Below, one piece after another: positions 1 to 9,508 of a stretch of DNA of 64,000 bases. Within the stretch, counting starts at the first letter, position 1. Each line of letters starts with the position of its first letter. The position numbers and the translations under genes are program-made. A model generated the notes under the pieces. It was given only the letters and a program-made list of their open reading frames with translations. It searched no databases and was not told the DNA's origin. Source of the DNA: Candidatus Bipolaricaulota bacterium (GTDB lineage Bacteria > Bipolaricaulota > Bipolaricaulia > UBA7950 > UBA9294); NCBI GenBank assembly GCA_028277345.1, contig JANQGM010000008.1, positions 23,573-87,572 of the forward strand, written 5' to 3'.

Positions 1-777
1 CGTGCCAACTTGAATTCCAACGTTGGTAACAACGGGCGCTAGGGCGTTTCGGAACGCGTGCTTGATGAGCACGATGCGTTCTTTGAGGCCCTTGGCTCGC
101 GCCGTGTTGACGTACTCCTCTCGAAGAACCTCAAGCATGCTGGCTCGGGTCAGGCGGGCGTTCATGGCCATCTGAACGGAGGCCAACGCAACGCTCGGAA
201 TGATCAAATGCCGGAAGCCATCCCACGTCACGAAAGATACGCGGAGCCACTGCCATCCAAACAAAGCGATTGAATCTCCTCTGCCTGATACCGGCAGGAT
301 TCCGAGGATGACGCCAAATACGAGCATCAGCATGAGTGCAAACCAAAACACGGGAATGGAGATTCCCATCAAGGCGACGGTTGTTACCGTGTAGTCGAGC
401 AATGAATTACGATAAATAGCCGATAACAACCCTGCTGGAATCGAAACTGCCAGCGCAATAATCAATCCGAAGAGACCAAGTTCGATGGTTGCGGGAAGAC
501 GTTGGGCGATAACCAGATAAACCGGTTTATGGTACGTCATGGCTTGCAACCTGCCGCTGAACAGCCCGCTGATAAACCGCCAATACTGCACGGGCCATGG
601 CCGGTTGAGACCCAACTCCTCCCGGATACCCTCAATGGTTTCGAGCTGTGCTCCGATACCTGCCATGACGACGGCGGGATCGCCTGGCATGAGCTTTAGG
701 AGCACGAACACGAGGACCGTGAGAGCGAACAGGGTGAAGACGACCTGCAGAAGCCGTCTCAGTGTATATCCGATCAT
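1..777 (-). CDS. ABC peptide-type transporter permease (DppB/OppB-like); 3' end cut by window edge
   Basis: Absent from the ORF track because it runs off the edge. My reverse-strand translation from the ATG (complement of 775-777) reads MIGYTLRRLLQVVFTLFALTVLVFVLLKLMPGDP...LEVLREEYVNTARAKGLKERIVLIKHAFRNALAP, a typical DppB/OppB N-terminus and EAA-loop region. It lies directly downstream of the binding-protein gene. Confidence 0.85.
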   Translation of the reverse strand, partial: MIGYTLRRLLQVVFTLFALTVLVFVLLKLMPGDPAVVMAGIGAQLETIEGIREELGLNRPWPVQYWRFISGLFSGRLQAMTYHKPVYLVIAQRLPATIELGLFGLIIALAVSIPAGLLSAIYRNSLLDYTVTTVALMGISIPVFWFALMLMLVFGVILGILPVSGRGDSIALFGWQWLRVSFVTWDGFRHLIIPSVALASVQMAMNARLTRASMLEVLREEYVNTARAKGLKERIVLIKHAFRNALAPVVTNVGIQVGT

Positions 778-892
778 ATAAGAGTCCCCAGACTTCTTTT
801 TGAAAGGCCTGGGCTGTCGTGTACAACCGACAGCCCAGACAGTTAGTTTCGCTTCCTAGCTGGTGCTAGGGCGATTGAAGCGTTCGCTTCGA

Positions 893-2494
893 CTAATTGA
901 CCCAGACGTTGTGGTACGGCGTAACCATCCACATGCTGCCCAGCGGGCTGATCGTGTAGCCCTGAACGCGAGCGCGGACACCGCGGGTTTCCACATAGTG
1001 GTATCCCGGAATGGCGCTGTAGTTCGAGAAGATCAAGCGCTGTGCTTCAACGTAGTAGCCTTCGCGCTCAGCCTGATCGAGCGTCGTCGCGGCCTTGTCG
1101 AGAAGGTCATCGACTTCAGGAATCTGCGTCCAGGACATGTTGTCTGCCGAACCGACCGTCGCGTTATCCGAGTGGAACAGATAGAACGCAAAGTCATGCG
1201 GATCCGGTCCACCGCTCCAGCCCATCCACATCATTTCGAAGTCTCCGACCGGGTCGGATTCGGAACGATAGGCGAGGTCAAGCAGCGGTCCCCAGTCCAA
1301 CGGAATGACTTCCGCGTCCACGCCATTCTCGATCAGGCTGGTGGCCATGATCGTCGCCAACTGTCGGCGGCGCGGGTCGAGCGGCGTGTGGATGCGAACG
1401 GTATAGCCTTCAGGAAGAATGCCTTCCGCTCGAAGCTCGGCGAACAGGCGCTGCGCCTCTTCGTCGTTCTCTTCGAGGTAGACGTTGTCCCTCAGGTATT
1501 CCTGGTCGTTTGCCCAAAGTGCCGGCGGAATACAACCATAGGACTTCACACCCGTCAGGTTCTGGAAGATCGAGAATACGGCGTCTTCCATTTCGACGGA
1601 CATGTAGCAAGCCTTTCGGAAACGGATGTCCGAAGAAATCGGGCTCTGCAGGTTGAAGTACATGTGGAAGTAGGAAAGGCTTCCCACTTGCTGAACGACG
1701 ACGTCGTCCATCTCCATGAAGCGCGGAACGTCAGCGGCCGGCATGTTATCGACAATGTCGACACCGCCGGATTCCAGTTCCAGCATCATGACGGAGAGTT
1801 CCGGAATCGGGCGATAGGTGATCGAGTCGAGATTCGGATAGACCAACCAGTAGTCTTCGTTTCGCTCGACCTTAATGTGCTCGCCCGGCAGCCATTCCAC
1901 GAACTTGAACGGACCTGAACCCACGGGCTCCAGGTTGAAGGCCGCATCGCCCACTTCGAGGACGTAGTCCATCGGGACGATGGACTGCGTTTCGGAACCA
2001 AAGCCCGGCGCAAACGGCGCGTACTCGGGCTTCGTGATGACGTCAACGGTGTAGTCATCGACGATGATGACCTCTTCCACCCAAATGAGCTCGGTCAAGT
2101 TGGGGGAGTTGTTGGCTTCATCGGCAATCCAGTTGAACGTGAAAGCAACGTCCTCGGCGGTAAGGTCTTCACCGTTGTGGAACTTGATGCCTTCGTTCAG
2201 ATAGAAGCGAACCTGCGAGTCGCTGAGGATGTCCCAGGACTTGGCGATCCACGGCGCGGGGGCCAGCGTCTCGGGATGCAGGATGATGAGGCCGTCGTAG
2301 ACGACGTTCATCACGTATGCATCATAGGCGGAGTTCATGATGCGCGGATCCATGTCCTTGAACGTCTGACTGACGCCGATGACGAGGTCGCCACCGACGT
2401 TGGCGCCCGGCGTTTCCGGGACGGGTGTCTGCGCGAACGCGAGAGAACCAAATACCAATAAACCAAGAGTCAAGATAAGACCGACTCGTTTCAT
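893..2494 (-). CDS. ABC transporter substrate-binding protein, family 5 (peptide/nickel type)
   Basis: 533 aa with signal peptide MKRVGLILTLGLLVFGSLAFAQ. Overall family-5 SBP pattern (KFHNGEDLTAEDV, VGSGPFKFVEW, ERNEDYW). AGGAGG-type SD precedes the ATG. Confidence 0.9.
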   Translation of the reverse strand: MKRVGLILTLGLLVFGSLAFAQTPVPETPGANVGGDLVIGVSQTFKDMDPRIMNSAYDAYVMNVVYDGLIILHPETLAPAPWIAKSWDILSDSQVRFYLNEGIKFHNGEDLTAEDVAFTFNWIADEANNSPNLTELIWVEEVIIVDDYTVDVITKPEYAPFAPGFGSETQSIVPMDYVLEVGDAAFNLEPVGSGPFKFVEWLPGEHIKVERNEDYWLVYPNLDSITYRPIPELSVMMLELESGGVDIVDNMPAADVPRFMEMDDVVVQQVGSLSYFHMYFNLQSPISSDIRFRKACYMSVEMEDAVFSIFQNLTGVKSYGCIPPALWANDQEYLRDNVYLEENDEEAQRLFAELRAEGILPEGYTVRIHTPLDPRRRQLATIMATSLIENGVDAEVIPLDWGPLLDLAYRSESDPVGDFEMMWMGWSGGPDPHDFAFYLFHSDNATVGSADNMSWTQIPEVDDLLDKAATTLDQAEREGYYVEAQRLIFSNYSAIPGYHYVETRGVRARVQGYTISPLGSMWMVTPYHNVWVN

Positions 2495-2574
2495 TAATGC
2501 GCCTCCTTACATCTTTTGAGATGTGGAATCATAGAGCGCGGCACGAGCTATCAATATAGATAGCGTGCAGTTAC

Positions 2575-2922
2575 CTATTCGAACCAGAACGCGCCAGTGA
2601 CCTTCGCGTCGATGTACTCTGCGGGAAGGACGAGCTGTAGCGTGCCGCCAGGGACGACTTCAACGTCGATGAACGCGAAGCTCGTCGAAATGGCGACCAT
2701 GGTCGGAACGCCGCCGCCGAATGCTAGAATGTCGGCCGCGTCGAACACAACTTCCTGGTCAAACATGATCGAAATCTTGGTCGCCGTTTTACCTGTTTCG
2801 TTGTTGAAGAAGTAGAACGTACGATAGCCTTCGATTTCGATGGGGGTCACTGCAACCTGCGCTGCGACTACGATGCTTGCGAGCAGCACGAGACCTAACA
2901 GTACTACTAGAGTTCTTTTCAC
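2575..2922 (-). CDS. small secreted hypothetical protein
   Basis: 115 aa with GTG start 7 nt after AAGGAGG. Signal peptide MKRTLVVLLGLVLLASIVVAAQ. Beta-rich, no family recognised. Confidence 0.6.
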   Translation of the reverse strand: MKRTLVVLLGLVLLASIVVAAQVAVTPIEIEGYRTFYFFNNETGKTATKISIMFDQEVVFDAADILAFGGGVPTMVAISTSFAFIDVEVVPGGTLQLVLPAEYIDAKVTGAFWFE

Positions 2923-3279
2923 TGCCTCGCCTCCTTAAGACAAGACGATGGGACCCATGAATGGGTATCCCGTGTCTCTACCGCTTGACTCCTTCAGTTG
3001 GCGTGACTGAAGAGGCCAACCCGGTTATCGGAACCTAGTGAATTGGCGAGATTCAGTATAGCGATGTGCGGCGGGCAAAGTCAATACAGTAGATGAGAAT
3101 TCGCAGTTAGTCATACTTAATCATCGGGAAATCGGTGAAAAAAAACACGAGGCTGGCACCCTTGCTTGAGAATAGCGGTATTTTCTGGTGTTTAAAACCG
3201 GCCTGGACTATTATTGGCGCCAAATGACCCTGCGCGGAAGATTCCTCGCAAGACTATCGAATGGGAAGTGAGAATAGGT

Positions 3280-4191
3280 ATGGACCACACGCATCTTGTT
3301 TCTCTCGCCGAACTGTCCTCTGAAGAGCATTTCGAGATCCTCGAATTGGCACGAAACCTCAAGTTGGAGAGTCGGGCGGGCGTTCGCCACGATATGCTGG
3401 CTGGGAAGACATTGGCCATGGTCTTTCAGAAGCCGTCGCTACGCACTCGTGTTTCCTTTGAAACCGGGATGTGGCAACTGGGCGGACACGCCATCTATCT
3501 TGGGCCTTCGGATATCAAACTCGGACAGCGTGAAACGACAGAAGATATCGCTCTGAATCTCTCTCGTTTCGTCGATGGGATCATGGCGCGTGTGTTTGAG
3601 CATAAATCTATCGCCGATTTGGCCGCGCACTCGACGATTCCTGTGATCAATGGTCTTTGCGATACCTATCATCCGTGTCAGGGCTTGGCCGATCTTCTGA
3701 CCATTTGGGAGAAGAAGCGAACGTTCGAAGGCTTGACGCTCACCTTTATCGGCGATGGCAACAACGTCGCTCACTCGCTCATCAATGGCTCGGCGAAAGT
3801 GGGGATGGACTTCAGAATTGCCTGCCCTGAGGGCTTTGAGCCGAACGAGACCATCGTTCGTTCAGCCCGAGGGCTGGGGGCGTCTGTGGAGATCTTCCAT
3901 GATCCGAAGGAAGCGGCAAGCGGAGCCGACGTCCTGTATACGGATGTCTGGGTGAGCATGGGACAAGAGACCGATGCCTCGTCTAAGCAAAACGCCTTCG
4001 AGGGATTCACGATCGACGAGAGCTTGGTCTCACTTGCCCACAACGATGCAATCATTCTACATTGCCTTCCAGCGCACTATGACGAGGAGATTAGCTATGG
4101 TGCATCGCGCAGCCCTGGCAGCGCGATCTTCGATCAGGCCGAGAACCGCATGCATGCGCAAAAAGCGGTCATGGCTCTGTTGATGGCCTAG
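3280..4191 (+). CDS. argF: ornithine carbamoyltransferase
   Basis: Motifs SLRTRVSFE, HPCQGLADL, DVWVSMGQE and HCLPA. I prefer ATG 3280 (MDHTHLV) over the track's TTG at 3214. Confidence 0.9.
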   Translation: MDHTHLVSLAELSSEEHFEILELARNLKLESRAGVRHDMLAGKTLAMVFQKPSLRTRVSFETGMWQLGGHAIYLGPSDIKLGQRETTEDIALNLSRFVDGIMARVFEHKSIADLAAHSTIPVINGLCDTYHPCQGLADLLTIWEKKRTFEGLTLTFIGDGNNVAHSLINGSAKVGMDFRIACPEGFEPNETIVRSARGLGASVEIFHDPKEAASGADVLYTDVWVSMGQETDASSKQNAFEGFTIDESLVSLAHNDAIILHCLPAHYDEEISYGASRSPGSAIFDQAENRMHAQKAVMALLMA

Positions 4192-4199
4192 GAGGCGAC

Positions 4200-5372
4200 A
4201 TGGCAGCGGGTGCAGTAACCGGTTCGGATGCAAAGGGAGATTGCTTCGTTATCGTTGCATCTTCCGATGCCATAACGATTGACATCACAACCAAGGCGGC
4301 GAGTCTGGTCGCTCCCGGTATCCGAAAGCTGATCGAAAGTGAGTTGGAGCTTTACGATTCTCCACCCGTATCCGTTCGTATCGAGGATTATGGCGCCCTC
4401 GATTACGTTCTGAAAGCGCGGTTAGAGACCTCGCTTCGCACGGCGTTGCCAAGGGTCAAGCGAACTTCTCGTTCCGTCGATCGGAAGGAAACTCGGTGCG
4501 ATCGCCCCCGCAGGAGCCGGCTCTATGCGCCGGGCAGCAACCCTCGCTTGCTCGTCGGGATTGAGGTTCATGGGGCGGATTGCGTGCTGCTCGATTTGGA
4601 AGACTCGGTTCCAGTGAGCGAAAAAGCCTCCGCCCGCATCCTGGTGAAGCATTTGCTGTCGGATATCGCTTTTCCTGAAGAAGTCTGGGTTCGCATCAAT
4701 CCCCTTGATTCGGGAGGCGAAGAGGATGTGCGAGAGGTCCTCCGTGGATGGCCTCACGGACTGTGCCTTCCCAAGACTGAGACAGCCGACGATGTCGTGC
4801 GATTGGCTGACCTGATCTCGACGATCGAGGCCGATTCAGGCCTTCCGGAGGGGTTCGTCAAGATCATGCCCATCATCGAAACGGCGAAGGGCGTGCTGCA
4901 TTGCGCGGAGATTGCATCCGCGGATTCTCGTGTTGTCATGACAGCGTTCGGCGCCGAGGACTACACCCGAGATGTGGGCGCGCAGCGGTCACGGCGCTCA
5001 CTATTGTTCGCGCGATCGATGTTGGTCGCCGCGTGTGCGGCGGCGGGAATTCAAGCCTCGGATACCGTTTATGCCGATCTCGGCGACATGGAAGGACTCG
5101 GCAAAGAGTGCGCGCTCGCCCGTGAACTGGGCTTCGATGGCAAGGGCGCCATCAATCCCCGGCAGCTTGCGGTTATTCACAGCGCCTTTTCACCCTCTGA
5201 AGAGGAGATGGCCTACGCGCTACGCGTGGTCGAAGCCGCCGAAGACGCTGAGAAATCGGGAGTGGGCGCCGTGGCGCTGGAGGGCAAGATGATCGATCGT
5301 CCGGTGCTCGAACGTGCGCAGCGACTCATCCGATATGGGAAACGGCTGGCGGGAGGAGGCGATGACGCATGA
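4200..5372 (+). CDS. citE: fusion of citrate-lyase acyl-carrier (CitD-like, N-terminal ~90 aa) and citrate-lyase beta / citryl-CoA-lyase-like HpcH-family domain (CitE-like)
   Basis: N-terminus ...VRIEDYGALDYVLKARLETSL matches the CitD signature DDKGALDCILRARLEALL. The remainder (SRLYAPGSNPRL, LLDLEDSV, IMPIIETAKG, FGAEDYTRD) is CitE/HpcH-like. Confidence 0.8.
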   Translation: MAAGAVTGSDAKGDCFVIVASSDAITIDITTKAASLVAPGIRKLIESELELYDSPPVSVRIEDYGALDYVLKARLETSLRTALPRVKRTSRSVDRKETRCDRPRRSRLYAPGSNPRLLVGIEVHGADCVLLDLEDSVPVSEKASARILVKHLLSDIAFPEEVWVRINPLDSGGEEDVREVLRGWPHGLCLPKTETADDVVRLADLISTIEADSGLPEGFVKIMPIIETAKGVLHCAEIASADSRVVMTAFGAEDYTRDVGAQRSRRSLLFARSMLVAACAAAGIQASDTVYADLGDMEGLGKECALARELGFDGKGAINPRQLAVIHSAFSPSEEEMAYALRVVEAAEDAEKSGVGAVALEGKMIDRPVLERAQRLIRYGKRLAGGGDDA

Positions 5373-6913
5373 AGAACGCCTTAGGCCGGGAGATTCCAGA
5401 ACGAATTGGATCGCGAGTTGTGGAGCCGTACAAAGGCGCTTTTGCCGTACGAAACGAGGGACGGAAGGCGGCGCGCTATCAGAAGAGCAGCTGGCCGGCG
5501 GACGACAAAGTACTGCCCTCCCTGGATGCAGCGATCGATGCCACCGGTTTATCCGATGGCATGACAATCTCGTTTCATCACACCTTTCGTGATGGCGACC
5601 GCGTGGTCAACCAGGTGCTCGCGGCGTGTGCCAAACGAGGCATCAAGAAGCTGAGGCTGTTCTCGACAGCGCTGTTTCCCACTCATGCGGAGGTCATCGA
5701 CCATATCAAGTCCGGTGTGGTGTCTCGGATTGAAGGATCGATGAACGGCCCGATTGGCCATTTCGTCAGCCAAGGAGGGAAGCTTTCGGAACCGGCGGTT
5801 CTGCGATCGCACGGCGGCCGATGGCGAGCGATCGAAGCTGGAGACGTGGAGATCGATGTCGCCTTCATCGCTGCACCCTACGCCGATCCGTACGGAAACG
5901 CGACCGGTATTCGTGGCGCGACGCCCTGCGGCCCCATCTCTTACTCGGCGGTGGATGCGCAGTATGCGCGCAAGACAGTCGTCGTGACCAACGACCTAGC
6001 TCCCTTTCCCGTCTACCCTATGGAGATCCAGCAAGGCTGGGTCGACGTCGTGGTCGAGGTCGACGAGATCGGCGATCCGGAGAACATCGCATCGGGAACG
6101 CTCCGCTTGACGAAATCGCCGACTCGCCTCTTGATTGCTCAGCTGACGACGGACGCCGTCGTCCATTCGGGCTACTTCAAAGATGAGTTCAGTTTCCAAG
6201 GCGGCGCGGGCGGCATCTCACTGGCAGTGACCAAACTGCTGGGCGATGAGATGGAGAAGGCGGGCATCGTGGGCTCATTCGGTATGGGAGGCGGTACCAG
6301 GATGCTGGTTGATCTACTGCATCGAGGCCTGGTCCGCACGATCCTCGACGGGCAAGCCTTCGATTTGGACGCCATTCGCTCGATCCGCGAGGATGATGCC
6401 CACGTTATGATCGATCCCGGCATGTACGCGAATTTCGATTCAGCGGGGTGTTCGACCTACAAACTGGATACCGCGTTCCTCGGAGCGACCGAAGTTGACT
6501 TGGACTTCAACGTTAATGTGAACACCCATTCCGATGGCCTGCTCCTTCACGGAATTGGCGGACACCAGGATGTTGCTTCCGGCGCATCGATGACCATGAT
6601 TACGATTCCCACGCTTCGAGGTCGCATTCCCGTCATCGTGGATTCAGTGACCACCGTGACATCGCCTGGAGAGGTCATTGACGTCATCGTGACCGAGCGA
6701 GGCATCGCCGTAAATCCGAAACGAGAGGATCTTAGCGAGCGCTTTAGGTCGGCGGGTCTTCCCGTACGGGAGCTCGCCGATATCAAGGCGGAGGTCGACC
6801 GGTTGGTGCAACCGGTGGCCAAGCCGATAGTCGGAGACGAGATCATTGCCGCCATCGAGTGGCGTGACGGAACCATCATCGACGTTGTACGAAAGGTGGA
6901 GGGATTCGAGTGA
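5369..6913 (+). CDS. citF: citrate lyase alpha subunit-like (citrate CoA-transferase family)
   Basis: 514 aa, the usual CitF length. N-terminus MKNALGREIPERI...PYKGAFA and overall pattern fit CitF. ATGA overlap with the upstream gene. Confidence 0.85.
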   Translation: MKNALGREIPERIGSRVVEPYKGAFAVRNEGRKAARYQKSSWPADDKVLPSLDAAIDATGLSDGMTISFHHTFRDGDRVVNQVLAACAKRGIKKLRLFSTALFPTHAEVIDHIKSGVVSRIEGSMNGPIGHFVSQGGKLSEPAVLRSHGGRWRAIEAGDVEIDVAFIAAPYADPYGNATGIRGATPCGPISYSAVDAQYARKTVVVTNDLAPFPVYPMEIQQGWVDVVVEVDEIGDPENIASGTLRLTKSPTRLLIAQLTTDAVVHSGYFKDEFSFQGGAGGISLAVTKLLGDEMEKAGIVGSFGMGGGTRMLVDLLHRGLVRTILDGQAFDLDAIRSIREDDAHVMIDPGMYANFDSAGCSTYKLDTAFLGATEVDLDFNVNVNTHSDGLLLHGIGGHQDVASGASMTMITIPTLRGRIPVIVDSVTTVTSPGEVIDVIVTERGIAVNPKREDLSERFRSAGLPVRELADIKAEVDRLVQPVAKPIVGDEIIAAIEWRDGTIIDVVRKVEGFE

Positions 6914-7443
6914 GAGAGAAACTGCTGAGCATTCTGCCGGAGATCGAGTGGATCGGTGACGCCGATCTCAAAGAAAAGGTTATCGCGACGTGGATCGACG
7001 GAATGGAGCGCGGTGGTTGGACGCCTGATGATGTGGCGCGTATGCCGTTCACCCTTGCCAAGAAGGTGTCGGCGTCGTTCGCCCAGCATGTGCGTTCGGT
7101 AACCCGCATCTGCGCAGCTGTCTCCGACACATTCGACGAGATCTACAATGGCGTCGATCTCAAGTTGGATCGGGACATGCTTCTTGCGGGAGCGCTGCTG
7201 CATGATGTTGGCAAATTGGTGGAAATGGAAGAGGTCGATGGCGCGTTCCGGAAGAGCGCGGATGGCAAGATCGTTCGTCACGCCTTCTCCGGCGTCGCGT
7301 TGGCCGATGCCCATGGGTTGCCCGCCGCTGTGCAGCACATCATCGGCACGCACTCCAAAGAGGGCGATCCCTTCAAGCGCATTCCGGAGTCCGTCATCTG
7401 TCACTTCGCGGACTTCATGAACTTCGACCCAATCGAGGGGTGA
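6910..7443 (+). CDS. HD-domain phosphohydrolase-family protein
   Basis: 177 aa with HD signature in AGALLHDVGK and a later histidine cluster (HAFSG, HIIGTHS). GTGA overlap with citF. Confidence 0.75.
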   Translation: MREKLLSILPEIEWIGDADLKEKVIATWIDGMERGGWTPDDVARMPFTLAKKVSASFAQHVRSVTRICAAVSDTFDEIYNGVDLKLDRDMLLAGALLHDVGKLVEMEEVDGAFRKSADGKIVRHAFSGVALADAHGLPAAVQHIIGTHSKEGDPFKRIPESVICHFADFMNFDPIEG

Positions 7444-7447
7444 ACGC

Positions 7448-8704
7448 ATGGGCATGACGTTTGCGCAGAAAATTCTAGCGGCGAAAGCCGGGTTGGATTC
7501 GATTGACGTCGGGCAGATCGTGGAGATCGAGCCCGACGTTTGTCTTTCTCATGACAATACCGCGGCCATCGCCAAGAAGTTCGCCAAGATTGGTGTGTCG
7601 ACAGTCAAGGATCCGGATAAGTTCGTGATCGTGCTCGATCACACCGTACCGGCATCCGAAGAGAAGTACGCCCAGAATCACAAAGAGATCCGCGAATTCG
7701 TTCAGATGAATGGCATTCGCCGGTTCTATGACGCGGGAGTTGGGATCTGCCATCAGGTCTTGCCCGAGAAGGGGTTCGCGCTTCCAGGCCGTCTGATCTT
7801 GGGATCGGACTCGCATACAACGACCTATGGCGCATTCGGCGCCTTCTCCGCGGGGATCGGTCGCTCGGAAATGGCTGCGCTGTATGCGACGTCCCGGATT
7901 TGGCTGAAGACGCCGGCCAGCTTCAAGATGATCATCCATGGGGAGCTGAAGGACCCTGTCTCGGCCAAGGACTTGATCCTGCACATCATCGGTTCTATCG
8001 GCGCCGATGGGGCCTTGTACAAGTCCGTCGAGTACGCCGGCGAGGCCGTGGAGAAGATGTCGCTGGGATCCCGCATGGTGCTGTCCAATATGGCCATCGA
8101 AATGGGAGCCAAGAACGGCTATTGCGCTCCCGACGACAAGACGTTCGCGTTCCTGGAGAACCGCGCGGAAGGCGAGTACACGGCCGTCTTCCCAGATGGC
8201 GACGCCGAGTACGAGCAGGTCTTGGAGTTCGACGCGTCAGCCTTGGAGCCGCAGATTGCGCGTCCGCACACCGTCGACAATGTGAGCCCGATTTCCGATG
8301 TCGCGGGAACGCCCATTCAGCAAGGGTTGCTCGGCACCTGCACCAACGGTCGAATGGAAGACCTGCGCATGGCTGCCAAGATTCTGGACGGCCGCAAGGT
8401 CGCCAATGGCGTCCGTTTGCTCGTGTTGCCAGCCTCGCAGGAGATCCTGCTCGAAGCGTTGGCCGAGGGCATCATCGATACGCTGGTGAAGGCGGGCGGG
8501 TTGTTGCTAAATCCCGGATGTGGCCCCTGCTTGGGCGCCCATCAAGGCGTGATGGCGCCGGGCGAGACAACCATCTCGACAGCCAATCGTAACTTCAAGG
8601 GGCGCATGGGATCGCGCGATGCCGAGATTTATCTTGGTTCGCCGGCGACCGTGGCTGCGTCGGTCATCACAGGTGTGCTGACCGATCCTCGAGAGTTTTT
8701 CTAG
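7448..8704 (+). CDS. aconitase-family hydro-lyase large subunit (archaeal LeuC/HacA type)
   Basis: 418 aa. MTFAQKIL...CLSHDNT, GSDSHTTTYGAFGAF, CTNGR and NPGCGPCLG (Fe-S cysteine ligand regions). Confidence 0.85.
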   Translation: MGMTFAQKILAAKAGLDSIDVGQIVEIEPDVCLSHDNTAAIAKKFAKIGVSTVKDPDKFVIVLDHTVPASEEKYAQNHKEIREFVQMNGIRRFYDAGVGICHQVLPEKGFALPGRLILGSDSHTTTYGAFGAFSAGIGRSEMAALYATSRIWLKTPASFKMIIHGELKDPVSAKDLILHIIGSIGADGALYKSVEYAGEAVEKMSLGSRMVLSNMAIEMGAKNGYCAPDDKTFAFLENRAEGEYTAVFPDGDAEYEQVLEFDASALEPQIARPHTVDNVSPISDVAGTPIQQGLLGTCTNGRMEDLRMAAKILDGRKVANGVRLLVLPASQEILLEALAEGIIDTLVKAGGLLLNPGCGPCLGAHQGVMAPGETTISTANRNFKGRMGSRDAEIYLGSPATVAASVITGVLTDPREFF

Positions 8705-9011
8705 TCAATCAAGAGCACGAAACCGCGGAGAACGCAGAGGTGCGCAGAGAAGCATAGAGGCGAAACGAAGGGTAACGGTCTGGGTCGAGAGAAAGGGTTG
8801 TTGGCTCTCGGGCATCGGAGGCTCTTGCCCTTTCTCTGACTCTCAGCGCACAACGGCAAAGGCTCGCGAAAGATGTGGTATCAGGTGGCCAGGGGGAAGG
8901 GAAGCACATGAGAACCAAGATGCGGCAGTTGCCGCGGTGTTGGTCCTCCCCTGCAGTTGACCCTCTCGGCGAACTTTGCGCCCTCGGCGGTGAATGCAGT
9001 CTGGAGGTACG

Positions 9012-9500
9012 ATGAACAAAGGAAAGGTTTGGAAGTACGGCAACGACGTGAATACCGACGTCATCTTCCCCGGGAAATACACATATCAGCCGATGGAGCC
9101 GGCCGAGATGGCCGAGCACGCGATGGAGGATCTCGATCCCGATTTCGCCAAGAACGTTGTTGAGGGCGACATCATCGTTGCAGGAAAGAACTTCGGGTGC
9201 GGCTCGTCCCGCGAGCAAGCGGCGACGTGCTTGAAGGCGGCCGGCATCGCCGCCATCATCGCTCCGTCGTTCTCGCGCATCTTCTTCCGCAATGCCATCA
9301 ATAGTGGACTGCCGGTGATCGAACTGGCCGAAGGCACGGAGCGCATCGCTGCTGGCGATGACGTTGGCATCGATTTCTCAGCTGGCGTTGTCGAGCACGA
9401 TGGAAACACCTACCGTTTCCCGCCCCTACCGCCAGAGGTTCTCGCCATCCTGGAAGACGGCGGACTCATCCCGCACGTGAAGAAGGTGCTGCAGGGATAG
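9012..9500 (+). CDS. aconitase-family hydro-lyase small subunit (LeuD/HacB type)
   Basis: MNKGKVWKYGNDVNTDVIFPGKY..., GKNFGCGSSREQA. GGAGG lies 5 nt upstream of ATG 9012 (the track start at 8994 is less likely). Confidence 0.85.
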   Translation: MNKGKVWKYGNDVNTDVIFPGKYTYQPMEPAEMAEHAMEDLDPDFAKNVVEGDIIVAGKNFGCGSSREQAATCLKAAGIAAIIAPSFSRIFFRNAINSGLPVIELAEGTERIAAGDDVGIDFSAGVVEHDGNTYRFPPLPPEVLAILEDGGLIPHVKKVLQG

Positions 9501-9508
9501 GCGTTCCA

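Noticed and set aside
863-1918. 351-aa plus-strand ORF opposite the binding-protein gene
   Set aside because: It is a shadow ORF of a clearly real minus-strand gene in GC-rich DNA. It is Arg/Val-rich with no motifs and no SD.
3039-3055. TGAAT-N7-ATTCA inverted repeat upstream of argF as an ArgR (ARG box) site
   Set aside because: The spacing differs from the canonical TGAAT-W4-ATTCA box, and the site lies about 225 nt from the start codon. There is only one copy.
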